Positions 1-12,500 of a stretch of DNA of 64,000 bases are shown here, in pieces. Location: NCBI GenBank assembly GCA_043228905.1, contig JBHGNT010000009.1, positions 124,001 through 188,000 of the forward strand. The letters are read 5' to 3'. Both the position numbers and the translations under genes were made by a program. The DNA is from Azolla caroliniana. Taxonomy: Eukaryota; Plantae; Polypodiophyta. The first letter of the stretch is position 1. Every line of letters starts with the position of its first letter. Below the pieces are notes generated by a model. It made no database searches and was not told the DNA's origin. It saw nothing but the letters and a program-made list of their open reading frames with translations.

Positions 1-1465
1 GTGACATCCACAAGTATCAATACATGGTTTTACGTGATATTGTTTGTCCACTGAAAATACATTTCTTTAAATACATTACTTTTATCTCCCCTTAACAATA
101 TTTGTTGTTTCATTCTTTTCCATGATATAAGATCAATTGTTTCATATAATATAATGTAAGCATCATACAACAAATGAAGTGATATTTTAGGAACTCTTAA
201 TATATTATCCACTATTAATTCACAACAAGCTAAACGTAATCCTAGACACACTTTGGATGTTTCTTGAGATCAATATTCATTATATTGAGATATTGAGGCT
301 ATCATTATCCATTATCCATTGCCCTCATTGATTTTATCATCACTAATATTACCACTTGTCGGTAAACCATCTAAATGGATTGAATCACGACCATAGAATG
401 ATAAATACCATACTTTTGGATTAACTATTTATTATGAGTTAAATAAACCTAAAACAGGGGAAAAAAACACAAGAATGTTTGAATAACATTCGCATTCGTT
501 TTTCAATGGAGGAAAATGAATGTTATGCTAGACGAACACGAATTTTACGTACTATGAGATTCACGATGATCATATTTTCATTTTAAAGTTCATAAGAGGA
601 ACAATAAGATGGACTCAAGTTTGTCTAACATCTGTAATATCCTAAACCCACAAAATCCAAAAAGTTCATTTTGATATTCTTGAATCTTATATTGTAAACT
701 AACACAACCATAGCTTAGACATTTAGTGGTATCAATCTCTAAGATGCAGTATTTTCATTCTACCGCCACAATGTATACATCAAAGCTTGAGATCTACCCG
801 CCTTCTAAATCCTTAAATACCTTTTGGGAGCCTTCTTGTGGGAAGTTAATTGGGTGCTTTTTGTAGTGGATAAAAGCAAGCTTAAACAAATGTTATATGG
901 ATCCAACCATTTGTTTGTGGGCTCTCATTGAATTCCCATGAATTCATGAAAAGTTTATTATGCATATGTTTGTTCTCGAGACTTGTTAGCTTTCAACCAT
1001 TGAAATATGCCTTACGATCATAGGTGCCTAGTATCAATGCATTCTCCTCCAAATGTAAGTCGTGGTAGTTAGTCTCAATTGTTTGGTGATAGGAACACAC
1101 CATGTGAGCATGTCTTGTTACCATTTGATGGATTCCCCTCCAAATAGATCCTTGTTATTTGGGTCAAAGGCGATGTGGAATTCGAACTAATACATGCGAA
1201 TGATATATCTTCCCAAAAGTAAGAAATGAAAGTGTGAGGGCTTGCATGCTCGTGCCTATGACTTATTGTCTTGTCTAAACATTACCTTTAGTTTACGGCG
1301 TTAACAATAATTACCCATACAACTTTTGTAGTTGGGTGTCATTTAACATGCTCTTATTGAAATTGAGATAGAACATCCCTCACATTTCTAAGTTTTGTAA
1401 TTGATGACATGTTTAAAACTTAGAAATTGTGTTGACCAGATTTTTTTATTGTTCTTTATTCATAA

Positions 1466-2036
1466 GCATTTTGTGATATGACCAAAATTCTCTTGATTTA
1501 ACTTCTTCTCTTAGAGTAGATCATGCTACTATTACGTGAGAAGGTTTAATGCATAGTCAAAGTACACATTGAGTTTCGCTTGTCTTGGTTCTTTAGTTAA
1601 CAATCTTGCCTTGTTTGGAATTTTAATTTTCTAGCCATGTTTTGTCCTTTTTGGCAACATGATATACGTTAATGTTGCATTTTGTGATATGACCAAAATT
1701 CTCTTGATTTAACTTCTTCTCTTAGAGTAGATCATGCTACTATTACGTGAGAAGGTTTAATGCATAGTCAAAGTACACATTGAGTTTCGCTTGTCTTGGT
1801 TCTTTAGTTAACAATCTTGCCTTGTTTGGAATTTTAATTTTCTAGCCATGTTTTGTCCTTTTTGGCAACATGATATACGTTAATGCTACTATTACGTGAG
1901 AAGGTTTAATGCATAGTCAAAGTACACATTGAGTTTCGCTTGTCTTGGTTCTTTAGTTAACAATCTTGCCTTGTTTGGAATTTTAATTTTCTAGCCATGT
2001 TTTGTCCTTTTTGGCAACATGATATACGTTAATGTT
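1466..2036. repeat. Tandem duplication, 211-bp unit (two full copies plus one partial)
   Basis: The unit starting GCATTTTGTGATATGACC occurs at 1466 and 1677. A third partial copy starting ATGCTACTATTACG runs 1883-2036. The copies look identical by eye. Confidence 0.95.
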
Positions 2037-3000
2037 GAACAATCTTTTTTGTTTTTATTTAAAAAAAGCTCATTGAGATGAGATATCCTATCGGCAAAAC
2101 TCACCAAAAGAATCCCCTTACGCCCCCCAAATCAACGTTCAACATATGGTCCTTATCCATGGTCACCTATATATTTGTCATTTTGAAGAGACAACAGTCT
2201 TGTATAAATGTGTGGGCTCTATTATCTTATCTTGAGGGCCTAGTTGTCGACAATTTTCTGTTTTTGTTTGGTTGGTGCTTCTATGAGTTGATAGTGTACC
2301 TTAACCAACAAATAAGACAACTTATAACAACTCATGTTTTAGTAACCAAAGCTTTCACATTCTCAATTTGGTAGGCCCATTGTTAAGAAGGGAAAAATAT
2401 TTGAACTCCCACATACCCTTCTATAGAAATGTCTTGAACCCCCCAAAAATAATCAATCATCATTATTAAAGGAGGAAGTATAATGACGGTGATGGAGAGA
2501 GTATTATAATGGTGATGATGATCGTGTTTGTGACGAAGAGGGTGATGAAGGTTTTTCCCTCTTTCTTCCTCATACATTGAAAGTAATGTAAAGCACACCA
2601 ACATTCATACACATAAACTCGAACACACACAAACATGTACAACATCACTGAGAAACCTCTTGCTAGTAAATTGGAAAAAGGCTCAAGATGTAACCTTATT
2701 ACTTAATAACATGACAATACACACTATACTATATATATAAATGAGTGCCCGTAGGGGTAAGATTTACCAACAAAAAATTTGGAACTAGATTTCCCTAGCT
2801 TCAATATATCCATTTAATCACTCTTAATAAATAAACAACATGATTAGATCAAGGATTTTGTCTTCCCATTCTATAAGTCTCACCTCTCAGAGAGCCCTAT
2901 CAAGGAGGCCACATACCCTACTATAGAAATGCCTTGAACCCCACCCCATATAAGATTTCAATGTTTCCTCACATTTCTTCATCAACTCTTGAAAGACCAA

Positions 3001-3851
3001 ACCCATCCCTTTCTTTCAATTCACAACTAGATTGGGTCGCCATATTCTAGCTGCTCATACCGCTCGAGAGCCGGCTACTACAAAGGTTTGGAAAACATAT
3101 CATGTTCCTTACACAATTATCACCAAGTTTTGGCAGTAACTCTGGAAACAACAACACACACGACGAATCACCACTTTCCAATGGCTATTAATACATAGGT
3201 CACTATCAGTTGATGCATGGCAGCGTGAGAACCTTAGCTCTCCTAATTGTGTAGCATGCCCAAATGCAATAGAATCAATCCGACACGCTTTGTGGGACTG
3301 CCTAGAGTCTCATTGAATATGGCAGGGGGTTGACCGCTTATTGCAATTATGCCAGGTGCAAGGCTTAATCAAGTGGGAAAATATATGTTGGCTATCATGG
3401 CAGGCCCCAATTGAGAAATACGAGCATCAAGAGGAGGGGATGGCTTTGGTGATAAAAGCACAAGAGGTTTTTTTCTCCACCATTGACAATGTCCACTCAA
3501 CTCCTATCAATGCCAAATGTCAAGTTGTGTTGGAATTGGTCAGCCTAATAACTCTTTGGACTCTATGGAAACTACGGTGCAAACAGGTCTTCTCTAACCA
3601 ACCCGCGCAGCCAATAGTGTTTTTGCAAGAGATATGGAGTGAAGTTGTAGCCACTCTAAAAAGCTAATATAATGGAGTTGAAAGACAACGACTAGCCTTC
3701 ATCCAGCAATGGTCGACCTCCCCCTTTATTGAGTCGGTGGGCATCCACATAAGATGGACCTATCACGTCCCTACAAGGATTTGTATATATTAATCTCATA
3801 TGTAAAATTTTATAACTAATGGAAGGAGTTTTTTTTGGAAAAAAAAAAAAA
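3001..3851 (+). mobile_element. 5'-truncated non-LTR retrotransposon (L1/Tx1-type) 3' fragment with poly(A) and 18-bp TSD
   Basis: The direct repeat CAACTCTTGAAAGACCAA at 2983-3000 and 3852-3869 flanks the insert, and a poly(A) run ends at 3851. It encodes a zf-RVT-like region (ESIRHALWDC; ORF 3341..3667 ITLWTLWKLRCKQVF) and is homologous to 14250-15100 (-). Confidence 0.9.
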
Positions 3852-4905
3852 CAACTCTTGAAAGACCAATTATCTTTAAGCTATTTGAGTTATTAAATGT
3901 TCAATTCGTTGAGGATTAACAAATAGAATTGGGGAACCAACAAAAACTCATGAGGGTTCAATTGTATTCGAGGAAGTAGCAAAGACTCATCTGGGGAACT
4001 AGCATAAACTCATTTGAGGAACTTGCAAAGAAAAACAAGTATATTTCATAAAAGTCTTTGTTTTAAATTTCATATTTCATATAACATCTACTATCATCGA
4101 GCAAAAGAACACAATTATGTAAATTTCATATTTCATTACTGAACTGAGTGTAAAAGCACACAATTATATTAATTATATGTAAAATCCACTTATTACAACT
4201 TCTTAGTCTCTACCTGCCTATGTTGGGAGAGGGACATCCTTTAAAGCCAATCAAAAACTTGAATATGCACTTAATAAATGTGTGTGAAAACACTACTTAC
4301 AATGGGTGTCTTAATGGAGTATGGTCACCCACTAACTACATAAAACACTACTTAAATGTGTGTAAAAAACACTACATATTTACAATGGATCACAAACTTT
4401 GTCTCTCTCTCTCTCTCTCAACTTTGGTGAATTAAGGATTTATGTATAGGGAAAGCAATAGTTTTAATATACAATGAGTAGAGACGATGATTTGAATAAA
4501 TGCAATCAATTCCTTAAAAGTAAGTTATTGGAAGTAGGCCATATGTTAGTTAAGGATGAAAAGAATGAGTGATGGGTTGTAGATACAAAGAAAAAATTCC
4601 TCCCAACTTTCTCAATCCCACCTAATTAATAAGAACTAGCATCCCTATCCATGAGAGCATAGTTATCGTGCATTTAGAGGAAGAGAAAGTATCTCCATCT
4701 TCTGAAAGAGACTTGTAATTTCTAGCACTCTACATCTGAAGTTATTGTTTTGAGAAGCTCAATTTGGAAAGCTAGTGTAAAGACTATACATATTATAATG
4801 TTAGAGTACTCCCTTTGAGGCAATGAAACAATGCTTAATCGTCATTTGTCCATGCATATATGTTCTTGTAGTGTGGAAAGACTTGGCGATCAATTAGTAC
4901 TTTAA

Positions 4906-5910
4906 TTAATCATTTCTCCATGCATAAAGCAACAAGGAAAACCCTTGGGAGCTCAATGACATGAAACCATCCTTGGTAGTAATAGTAGTAGGCCAATGAA
5001 GAAGAGATACATCTAGTGTTGAATGTTTTTTTTCAATTGACTTCTTTTTGGATACAATGTGATGCTCTTGCATTAGTTCATGAAGCCATGACTTGTCATT
5101 GGCAATGCAAGTCTGGAACATGAAGATAGCATGGCCATCATTAGAGTTAAAAAGCCAATCATGCACATCCCAAAAAACTTCGACAGGTGAACCATCAACG
5201 TGGATCGTTTGATTACCCCTAAACTCCCACGAAAGGTGTTTCACATGGATAACAACCTGCCTATCAAGGTGAACTGAGAGCCTCGGGTGATCATGATCAC
5301 TTTTGTGACACTCTAACACAATTTCATGAGTTTGCCCATTGTCAGACACGAATTGTGCTCGAGTGGTATATATTTGGTTTCCAAACACATGCTCTTTCCT
5401 AGACACCAGAGTAGCCTCAATGGCGGTTATCTCTTCTTGTTCTATGGCCATTTTCTTAAGAGCCTCTCCATGCATATCACCAAGGAGTAGCAAAACCTCA
5501 TGCTCACAAGAGATGGTGAGAAAATAACCTTTGAGGGGCTCAGGACCAATGTTGCTATATTTTGCCCTAGAGAAGTCCCATCCAATTCTCATCTTCTTTT
5601 CACCACCAAATATATATAGCCACTTTGATCCTTGTTTCTTCCAAAATAACCACGGTTTTATTTGGACGGTGTGAGTGAGTCGATGGGAAGGAGGGTCTAA
5701 ATTCACACAAAGGCCACGTACCCCCATATTGAAGCTTTTCCAATACCATGTGATAGAGATGATCAAGTTGTGACCTCGAAGCTTTGTTCGATAGAAAGAA
5801 GAGATCATAGTGAGGGTTTGAGGTGGCTTCACAAGGTTTGGGCCATGGTGTTGTGCATTAACAAAGCAATTAGTAGGGGGGGATGTTGGCAGTGGAAGGT
5901 TGTTAGCCAT
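4906..5910 (-). CDS. Plant DUF868 family protein, single exon, 334 aa
   Basis: Intact ORF with DUF868 hallmarks: IKPWLFWKKQGSK, WDFSRAKY..GPEP..GY, LVSRKEHVFG, FRGNQTIHVDGSPVEVFWDVHDWLF and C-terminal GFSLLLYAWRND. Confidence 0.92.
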   Translation of the reverse strand: MANNLPLPTSPPTNCFVNAQHHGPNLVKPPQTLTMISSFYRTKLRGHNLIISITWYWKSFNMGVRGLCVNLDPPSHRLTHTVQIKPWLFWKKQGSKWLYIFGGEKKMRIGWDFSRAKYSNIGPEPLKGYFLTISCEHEVLLLLGDMHGEALKKMAIEQEEITAIEATLVSRKEHVFGNQIYTTRAQFVSDNGQTHEIVLECHKSDHDHPRLSVHLDRQVVIHVKHLSWEFRGNQTIHVDGSPVEVFWDVHDWLFNSNDGHAIFMFQTCIANDKSWLHELMQEHHIVSKKKSIEKKHSTLDVSLLHWPTTITTKDGFMSLSSQGFSLLLYAWRND

Positions 5911-6005
5911 ATTGGTGAAGGATTAGGGTGAGGAGGGAGGGGCATGGTATGGAAATAAGAAAAACTTAGCTCTCACACCCACATGCTCTCTCTCTCACTC
6001 TCTAC

Positions 6006-6038
<33 letters not shown>

Positions 6039-9000
6039 TGTATATGTGATAAGATAGAGGAGAGGAAAAGTTTAGGGAAATTGGAAGGTGATGGAAATGA
6101 GATAAATAAGGAGAAAAAACAAAAACAAATGTAGATAGAAGAAAAAGAGCAGAGAAAATAAAAGAGACAGGTCACGTGAGTAGGGGCCCACCAGCCCAAG
6201 AAAGACATGAATTGTTTACTTGTCCCTCCCTCCACTATGCTTTATTTATATATGTATGTATCTCCTCCATCCTAGCCCCCCCCCCCCCCCCCCCAATGAA
6301 TTCATGTATATTCATCACCCAAGTTTCGTCGTACATGCCTTCTCTTATTGGCTTGGTTCCAGTTTTCTTGTGTTTAAAAAAAATGGAACCTTTCATGAAA
6401 ACACGACAATGATAAAATATTTATGTATCTTTGTTGGAAGTTGTCCCCTTTATGAATAAAATTGTAGCCTAATAGCTCAAAATTTTGGTCAACTAAGCCA
6501 CTGTTTTTGTTGAACAAGTTTTTACTCCATGGAATATCATCAATGGCCAACGAGTTCCGCCATGCAAGACATAAGAGGGGTTTGTTTCCAAGCAAGCAAT
6601 GCTTGGGAATAATGTTGTGTGCCAAACAGTTCGTTTCTTTTTCAAGTTTGAAGTAACAAGAAGTTCCCACAAATTTAGAGAAATTTTGAGGAAACTTTAT
6701 ATGTTGACCTAAGTTTTTTCCCTTGATTAGTATTGAAAGTTAAAAAAACATGGTGCCAATGTTTTTATGAATGAGGATATCTTTTTTTCCTAAGGTGGGT
6801 TTGGTTTGTGTTTTGTTTACTTAGACTTTTCTCATTTCCATGATCAATTGTGACGGAACTATTTTCAATAGTTGACAAGATTTATGTTGAATTTTTTCCC
6901 TCATACATGGAGCTAAATTAATTCCCATGAATCAAACCTGCAAGTTTTCGAGATATTGTTTCTTGGTAAATCAATTGAATCTCCATTTCATGCTTGAAAG
7001 TTCAAAGGAACCAAATTGACAAACATTACCATAGATCATGTAGAAAATTCAAATAGAATATTTATCTTTTTTTGTCAAAAGCTATTCCATTTGTAGAATT
7101 TTTTTATTAACTTTTGGCACTACTTCCGAAGCACAATTTGCATACAATATCCATGGATAAGTTGTTTATATGTCTCCAAGGTTGCTACGTTAGGAAAGGA
7201 ATATACATTATGAGAACATACTACAAATTTATAGGGACATAATCATTAACCCATGTCCTACTAGGCTTTTAACTTATATATTAGATGTTTAGAATCGATT
7301 CTCCCACACATATTTTCAGGTTGTAAAGTTTCTTGTTTACTGTCTCCACATATTATACAAATTCTTGTCCATGTCAATGGAAGCCTTGCTTTTCTATCCT
7401 TGATTTAGGTTCGACTCTCAATTACTAGAGTAATTCACTCAATTTTCAAGAGTTTAGACTTCATCTTCTTTCAGCTTTCTTAGTTAAAAATACAACTTCT
7501 ATTGAGTTTCAAACATCCTCCATTTTAGAATGTTTGGAGAAATTCCCATATACTTTTTGTCAAATCCTACCATCACATAAAGAATCTCTTTTGTAATGCA
7601 TGATATTACATGTGGAAAACATCAAGAAGAGGTTGGAACGTAGAAAGAATGGATACAAGACTAAATGTATTCTATGAAACGAGCATGCACATGCATTGTA
7701 GTGATTTAGAAGATAACACATGGCTTAATGGTAGGTTGACAATTCTGGACTTGGTTGTATGATATGCATGTGTCTAAATAACCTAGAATATAACTCCATT
7801 CACAAAAGTTTCATAGGGTCGTGGAGTCCAATGCAAGTAACCAAAAAAGAGATCTCGCTATAATTACGTCTCTGAAAAACCCTCACAAGTGTAGCATGTG
7901 TTAGTACTTTATGCAATGCATCAATACCATATACTCAAAGCATGCATTCCTTAGGAAACCTACGAAATGGGGTTTTTATTCGAAATTTATGTTGTACCTC
8001 TCCAAAATATTATGAGAGAAACTTGACATTCTCACGTTTTCTTATTTATGATGTGACTTAACATTATCTAGAATAATGCGTAAGCTTTTTCCCATGGTGT
8101 CATGACTCATGATTCAGATCTATTGTATTTGTAGGCATGTCCTTCAATTTATTTTTTGTGAATACTTATGATTTCTTATTGATTTTACTCACTTCCATGA
8201 AAAAAAAACAAAGATTAATAGACAAGGACATTTATTTAGACTTACTGTTTCCATGCAACTCTAGAACATAGCAATATGTGGGTAAAACAAACCTTCTATA
8301 TAGTGACCTTATCTTCTTCAAGTGTAGCATTTTATAAGTGATTCTCGCTTTACTAGTATGCATATATCTTGCTTTAAGATGCTGGTTATATCATTATTAT
8401 CATATACTTCTAAGCTTATTTCTAATGTTTGTGTTGGTCCATTGTTCCATGATTGATAATGCTCAAGTCTTAGCAAGCCATCGTGTCTTTTTCCCGTGAA
8501 GTATCAACTTTAAAGTTAGTAACTTTATTTAAATGGCACTTTTATGCTTTATCTAAATTCCTAATATGTGGGTGTTCAACTTGCTACTTTATGTAATTGA
8601 GTTGTTGGGTGGAGGCTTCCTCTACATAACCTCAAATAAAACTAACCATCTCCAAGTTATACATGTACTGATGTGCATCTCCACCAAGAAATGACCACAA
8701 AGAAAGGTCCCAACTCCCAATATGTTGTGTACCAAACCCACTTTAATGGTATGTTAGGAATTGACGAAACTCTAGTAACGTCATGACACATGGCAAGTAC
8801 ATGCAATGGCGAGAAGGCCTAAGGCGCAACTATAAAATGAGGAGTAGTTAACTTCATTAGGGGTGACAAATAAATCTGATCATAATGTTGTGAGACACCA
8901 TGGTATGGTGAAGCTCTTGCGATTATAGTGTAGTGTAGATTCCAACCAAGGTACAACCTTAGGCAATATTCAGTGGTACAACTCAATGTTTTAGGTCCAA

Positions 9001-9507
9001 TTCAGTTCTTCGCCCAAGGTCGATTGGGAGGAAAAGTTCCCTTATTCTTTTCTTGCATTTGGTTATATGTCTATTTGCTTTATCAATAGTTTGTCTTTAA
9101 AACACAATGCTACAAATATGAAAAATAGGATGTGATTGATCAAGATTCTTGTCGATATATCAATATACTAGAATACTTGTACTACACATTTTAGTATGTT
9201 CTTGCAAACATCTCTTTCTACATTAAGGGTTGTAAACACCACACTATAATTGTGTAAATAAACAAAATAAAAAAGTGACAAAGATAACAACCACAAACCC
9301 CTCATTGTATTAGGAAAATGACATGAGTTGATAAAGTATTAGGAATCATCGATAGGTTGGAAAAACCGTTATTTTTGTGACCTAAAATGGTCCCTCAATG
9401 CATTTTTTGTACTTTGGAAATGCTCCAATCATGCTTAGATAAGTTATAAGTTATAACTATATAAGACATTTCAATTTCTTTTTGTATCATTCATATAATT
9501 TCTAGTG

Positions 9508-12500
9508 TTTTTTTTTTTTCCAAAATAAAGCTACTTTCCCATTAGTTAGGAAGGATTATTACAAGGAGACTATACAAGGAAGCTTATACACAAAACGGGA
9601 ATCTCCCTCAGATCAAGATCAAGAAAATGAGACTACTTACATAGTTTTTCAAACCGACTACCTAAAGTAAGTAGATACCTATACCTAAAAGCAGTGGCCT
9701 TTAGTGTCGGCCAGAATGAGCCGACTCCCGGGGTCTACATCGAAGGGAGGGAGGCATGAAAGAAGGAAACAACCATCGTGGGGGTTGGTAGTTCCACCTC
9801 GGTCCACTTTCTCCTAGCGTCACCATAGGCGTGTTCCGCCTTTTCTGCCAAAAGCGCAACCGGGTAGCGGCCACGTCATTGGAGTGGTTGCAAACCTCAT
9901 CTAATTGCCCTCGTCGGCAGCTGATAAGCACAAACCAAATATCCATGATCACTTCCTCTAGGGGTTGTACCCGATCTTGGAAAACCTTTAAGCATCGTGC
10001 TTTCCAGAAATACCATAAGGTGAAGCCCGCGATCAACCTCCAAATTTCCAGGAACCTAGGGGATGCGGACAACAAGTCTCTCTCGAAGCGGATCTTGCCA
10101 ATTTGGCCTCCCGTGCATACATAGCACCAAGTATCCGCATTAAAGGCGTCCGTCCAACTATCAGTCGAGTGGTCAATCCATGCCGCAGCACTCCACGAGG
10201 TTGTTCCAGCCACTTCACATGCCGCAAGGAGGCGAGTGACTCTGTCCCATACCTTTTGAGCTTGAGGGCAATCCCAAAGACAGTGTCTCAGAGACTCAAT
10301 GGGTTAAGAGCAAAGTGGGCAACCTATCGGGCCGCCCCTTTTACCAAGCCATTCCCCAACAGGAATCACATTGTGACCAATCTGCCACCAAAAGAGCTTG
10401 ATTTTTTCAGGCATGTGGAGACACCAGAGACCCTTCCAAAAGGTAATGAGCACCTCGTCAAGGATGCCCAATGTTCGCCATCCATTACGAATGGGAGCAT
10501 TGAGCTGCAGTTGTAAAGTCCGCCCCAATTTCGTGCTATATTCAAAGAAGTGGCAGAGTTTGTCACCATGTTTCCACCTGAAATCCCCTGGGTCCCATTC
10601 TAGTTCAACGAGGGGATGAGAACCAAATACCCATAACTTCCAATGGGGTTCCACCTTAGTAACATCTGGGTCCATCTTCCAAATGTTATCAACCTCCGCC
10701 ACCATTCGAACCGGAAGCCAAGTGCCCCTACTTTGCCTCTCCCCAAAAAATGTATCTCTTCCCAATCGACTCACACCCTTCACCAACTTAACCATTCCAG
10801 CCTCATCAAAGAGACCGAACCATGCATCTTCTCGCACATTCCCCAACGGAACCCTATCAACTGCCTCAGCTATCAGGCTCCGCATCGTCATAGCTCCCTT
10901 GAGGGGAGGGAATGGGTCCTCCTGGGCTCCCCTTGGAGAAACCATGCGTCTCCAATCGTCTATAGAGTGAAGCCCTATCTGCGCCAACTTTCCCCATGCC
11001 ATGCCCTTAAGTTGCCCTAACATCATGTCATCGCTTGTTCACACCTAAGGATTCCAAAATAAAGGTTGTCTAGCCCATTCGATGAGTGTCTCTGGGGTGT
11101 GCTTGACCAAATGTTGTCGCACATGACACCACGCCCGCAAGATGGAGTTTGTTACCCTGTCCTCCTGTTGACAAGCCATCTTGGGTGGGACTCCACTCGT
11201 GCAACACCAGTTCAAGGAGATAGGCCAAGGCCTACCATACTTGGGAGTCCCTGCTTGCAACCTATTGTGAAGTAGTACCTTCCAACACCCCTTACCTGGG
11301 AGAAGGCAACGAACCACCAATTTGGCCAACAATGCACGGCTCTGTGTTAAGGGGTCTATGAGGCCAAGCCCCCCTTTGGCTCGCGGTTGCGTTAACCAAC
11401 GCCATGACACTCTGGCAGCAGCCATTGGGTTGTCCTTACCGGACCATATAAATCCCCTGATGGTAGCCTTAATCGCATGCAAACCTACCGGGTCCATAAT
11501 CCAACATGAGACCAAGTGCCACATGGTGGCGAGCATCACTTGGTTCGCAATAAGGACCCTACCAGCGAAGGATAATTTAGATCTACTCCATTGGTTCAGC
11601 TTCTTGCTTATTTTGTCTTGCACAATGGACAGTTGCGCTCCCTTGGGAATAGCCCTCCCCATAGTAAATCCTAGATACTTGAACGTCGTCCCGTTAGGGA
11701 CCCATGTAAAATCAGCATGGGGATGCCACCTTGGTTTCTCTTGTTCGCTAAACCAAAGGCCTTGGGTTTTATCCCAATTGACCTTGGCACCATCAGCCTG
11801 ACAAAAGTCCTCGACTAGATGTTCAGCCTACTGCAAATTCTCCTCATCACCTTGCAGGAAGAGGACCGTATCATCAGCATATTCGGATAGAAGAAGATCT
11901 TCACTCGCATTAGGGATGGGCAATCCCCTCAATCCGTTGCTTGGGGCTTGTAAGTAGGCCAAGAACGCCTTGGTTACGAATAGATAAAGATATGGGGCTA
12001 GGGGACAGCCTTGCCTCACTGAGCGTTGTAGTTTGAAGGAAGGGCCCCTAGCACCCGCGATCAGCACACTACTGGTAGAAGTTCGGTAGAGGGCAGAAGT
12101 GCATTTCATCCATTTTTGGGGTAGGCCCATAGCTCTCATCACGTTTTCCAAGAAGGGCCAAAGGACCCTATCGTATGCCTTCTCGAAGTCAAGCATCAAA
12201 ATAGCTGAGCTCAAGACAGACTGATCAGCCAATGCCATGGCTTCCTAGAGAAGCAACACATTATCAAAGATACACCTACTCCTAATAAACCCTGTTTGAT
12301 TCTCATGTATAATGTCCGGTAAGAAGCTTGCTAACCGTCGCGCGAGGACTTTTGCAAGAACCTTGTAAATCGTGTTAAGGATCGTTATAGGACGCCATTG
12401 GCGCAACTCCAGGCTTCGCTCTGCCGCTTTGGGAATGAGATAGATCATCCCCTCATCCAGCCCGATCGGCATCGTTCCCGAGGGCCAAATCTCTTGAACC

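Noticed and set aside
1466-2036. Direct repeats (also 35792-36072 and 61337-61860) as a possible CRISPR-like array
   Set aside because: Units are 100-210 bp with no unique spacers, there are no cas genes, and the context is eukaryotic.
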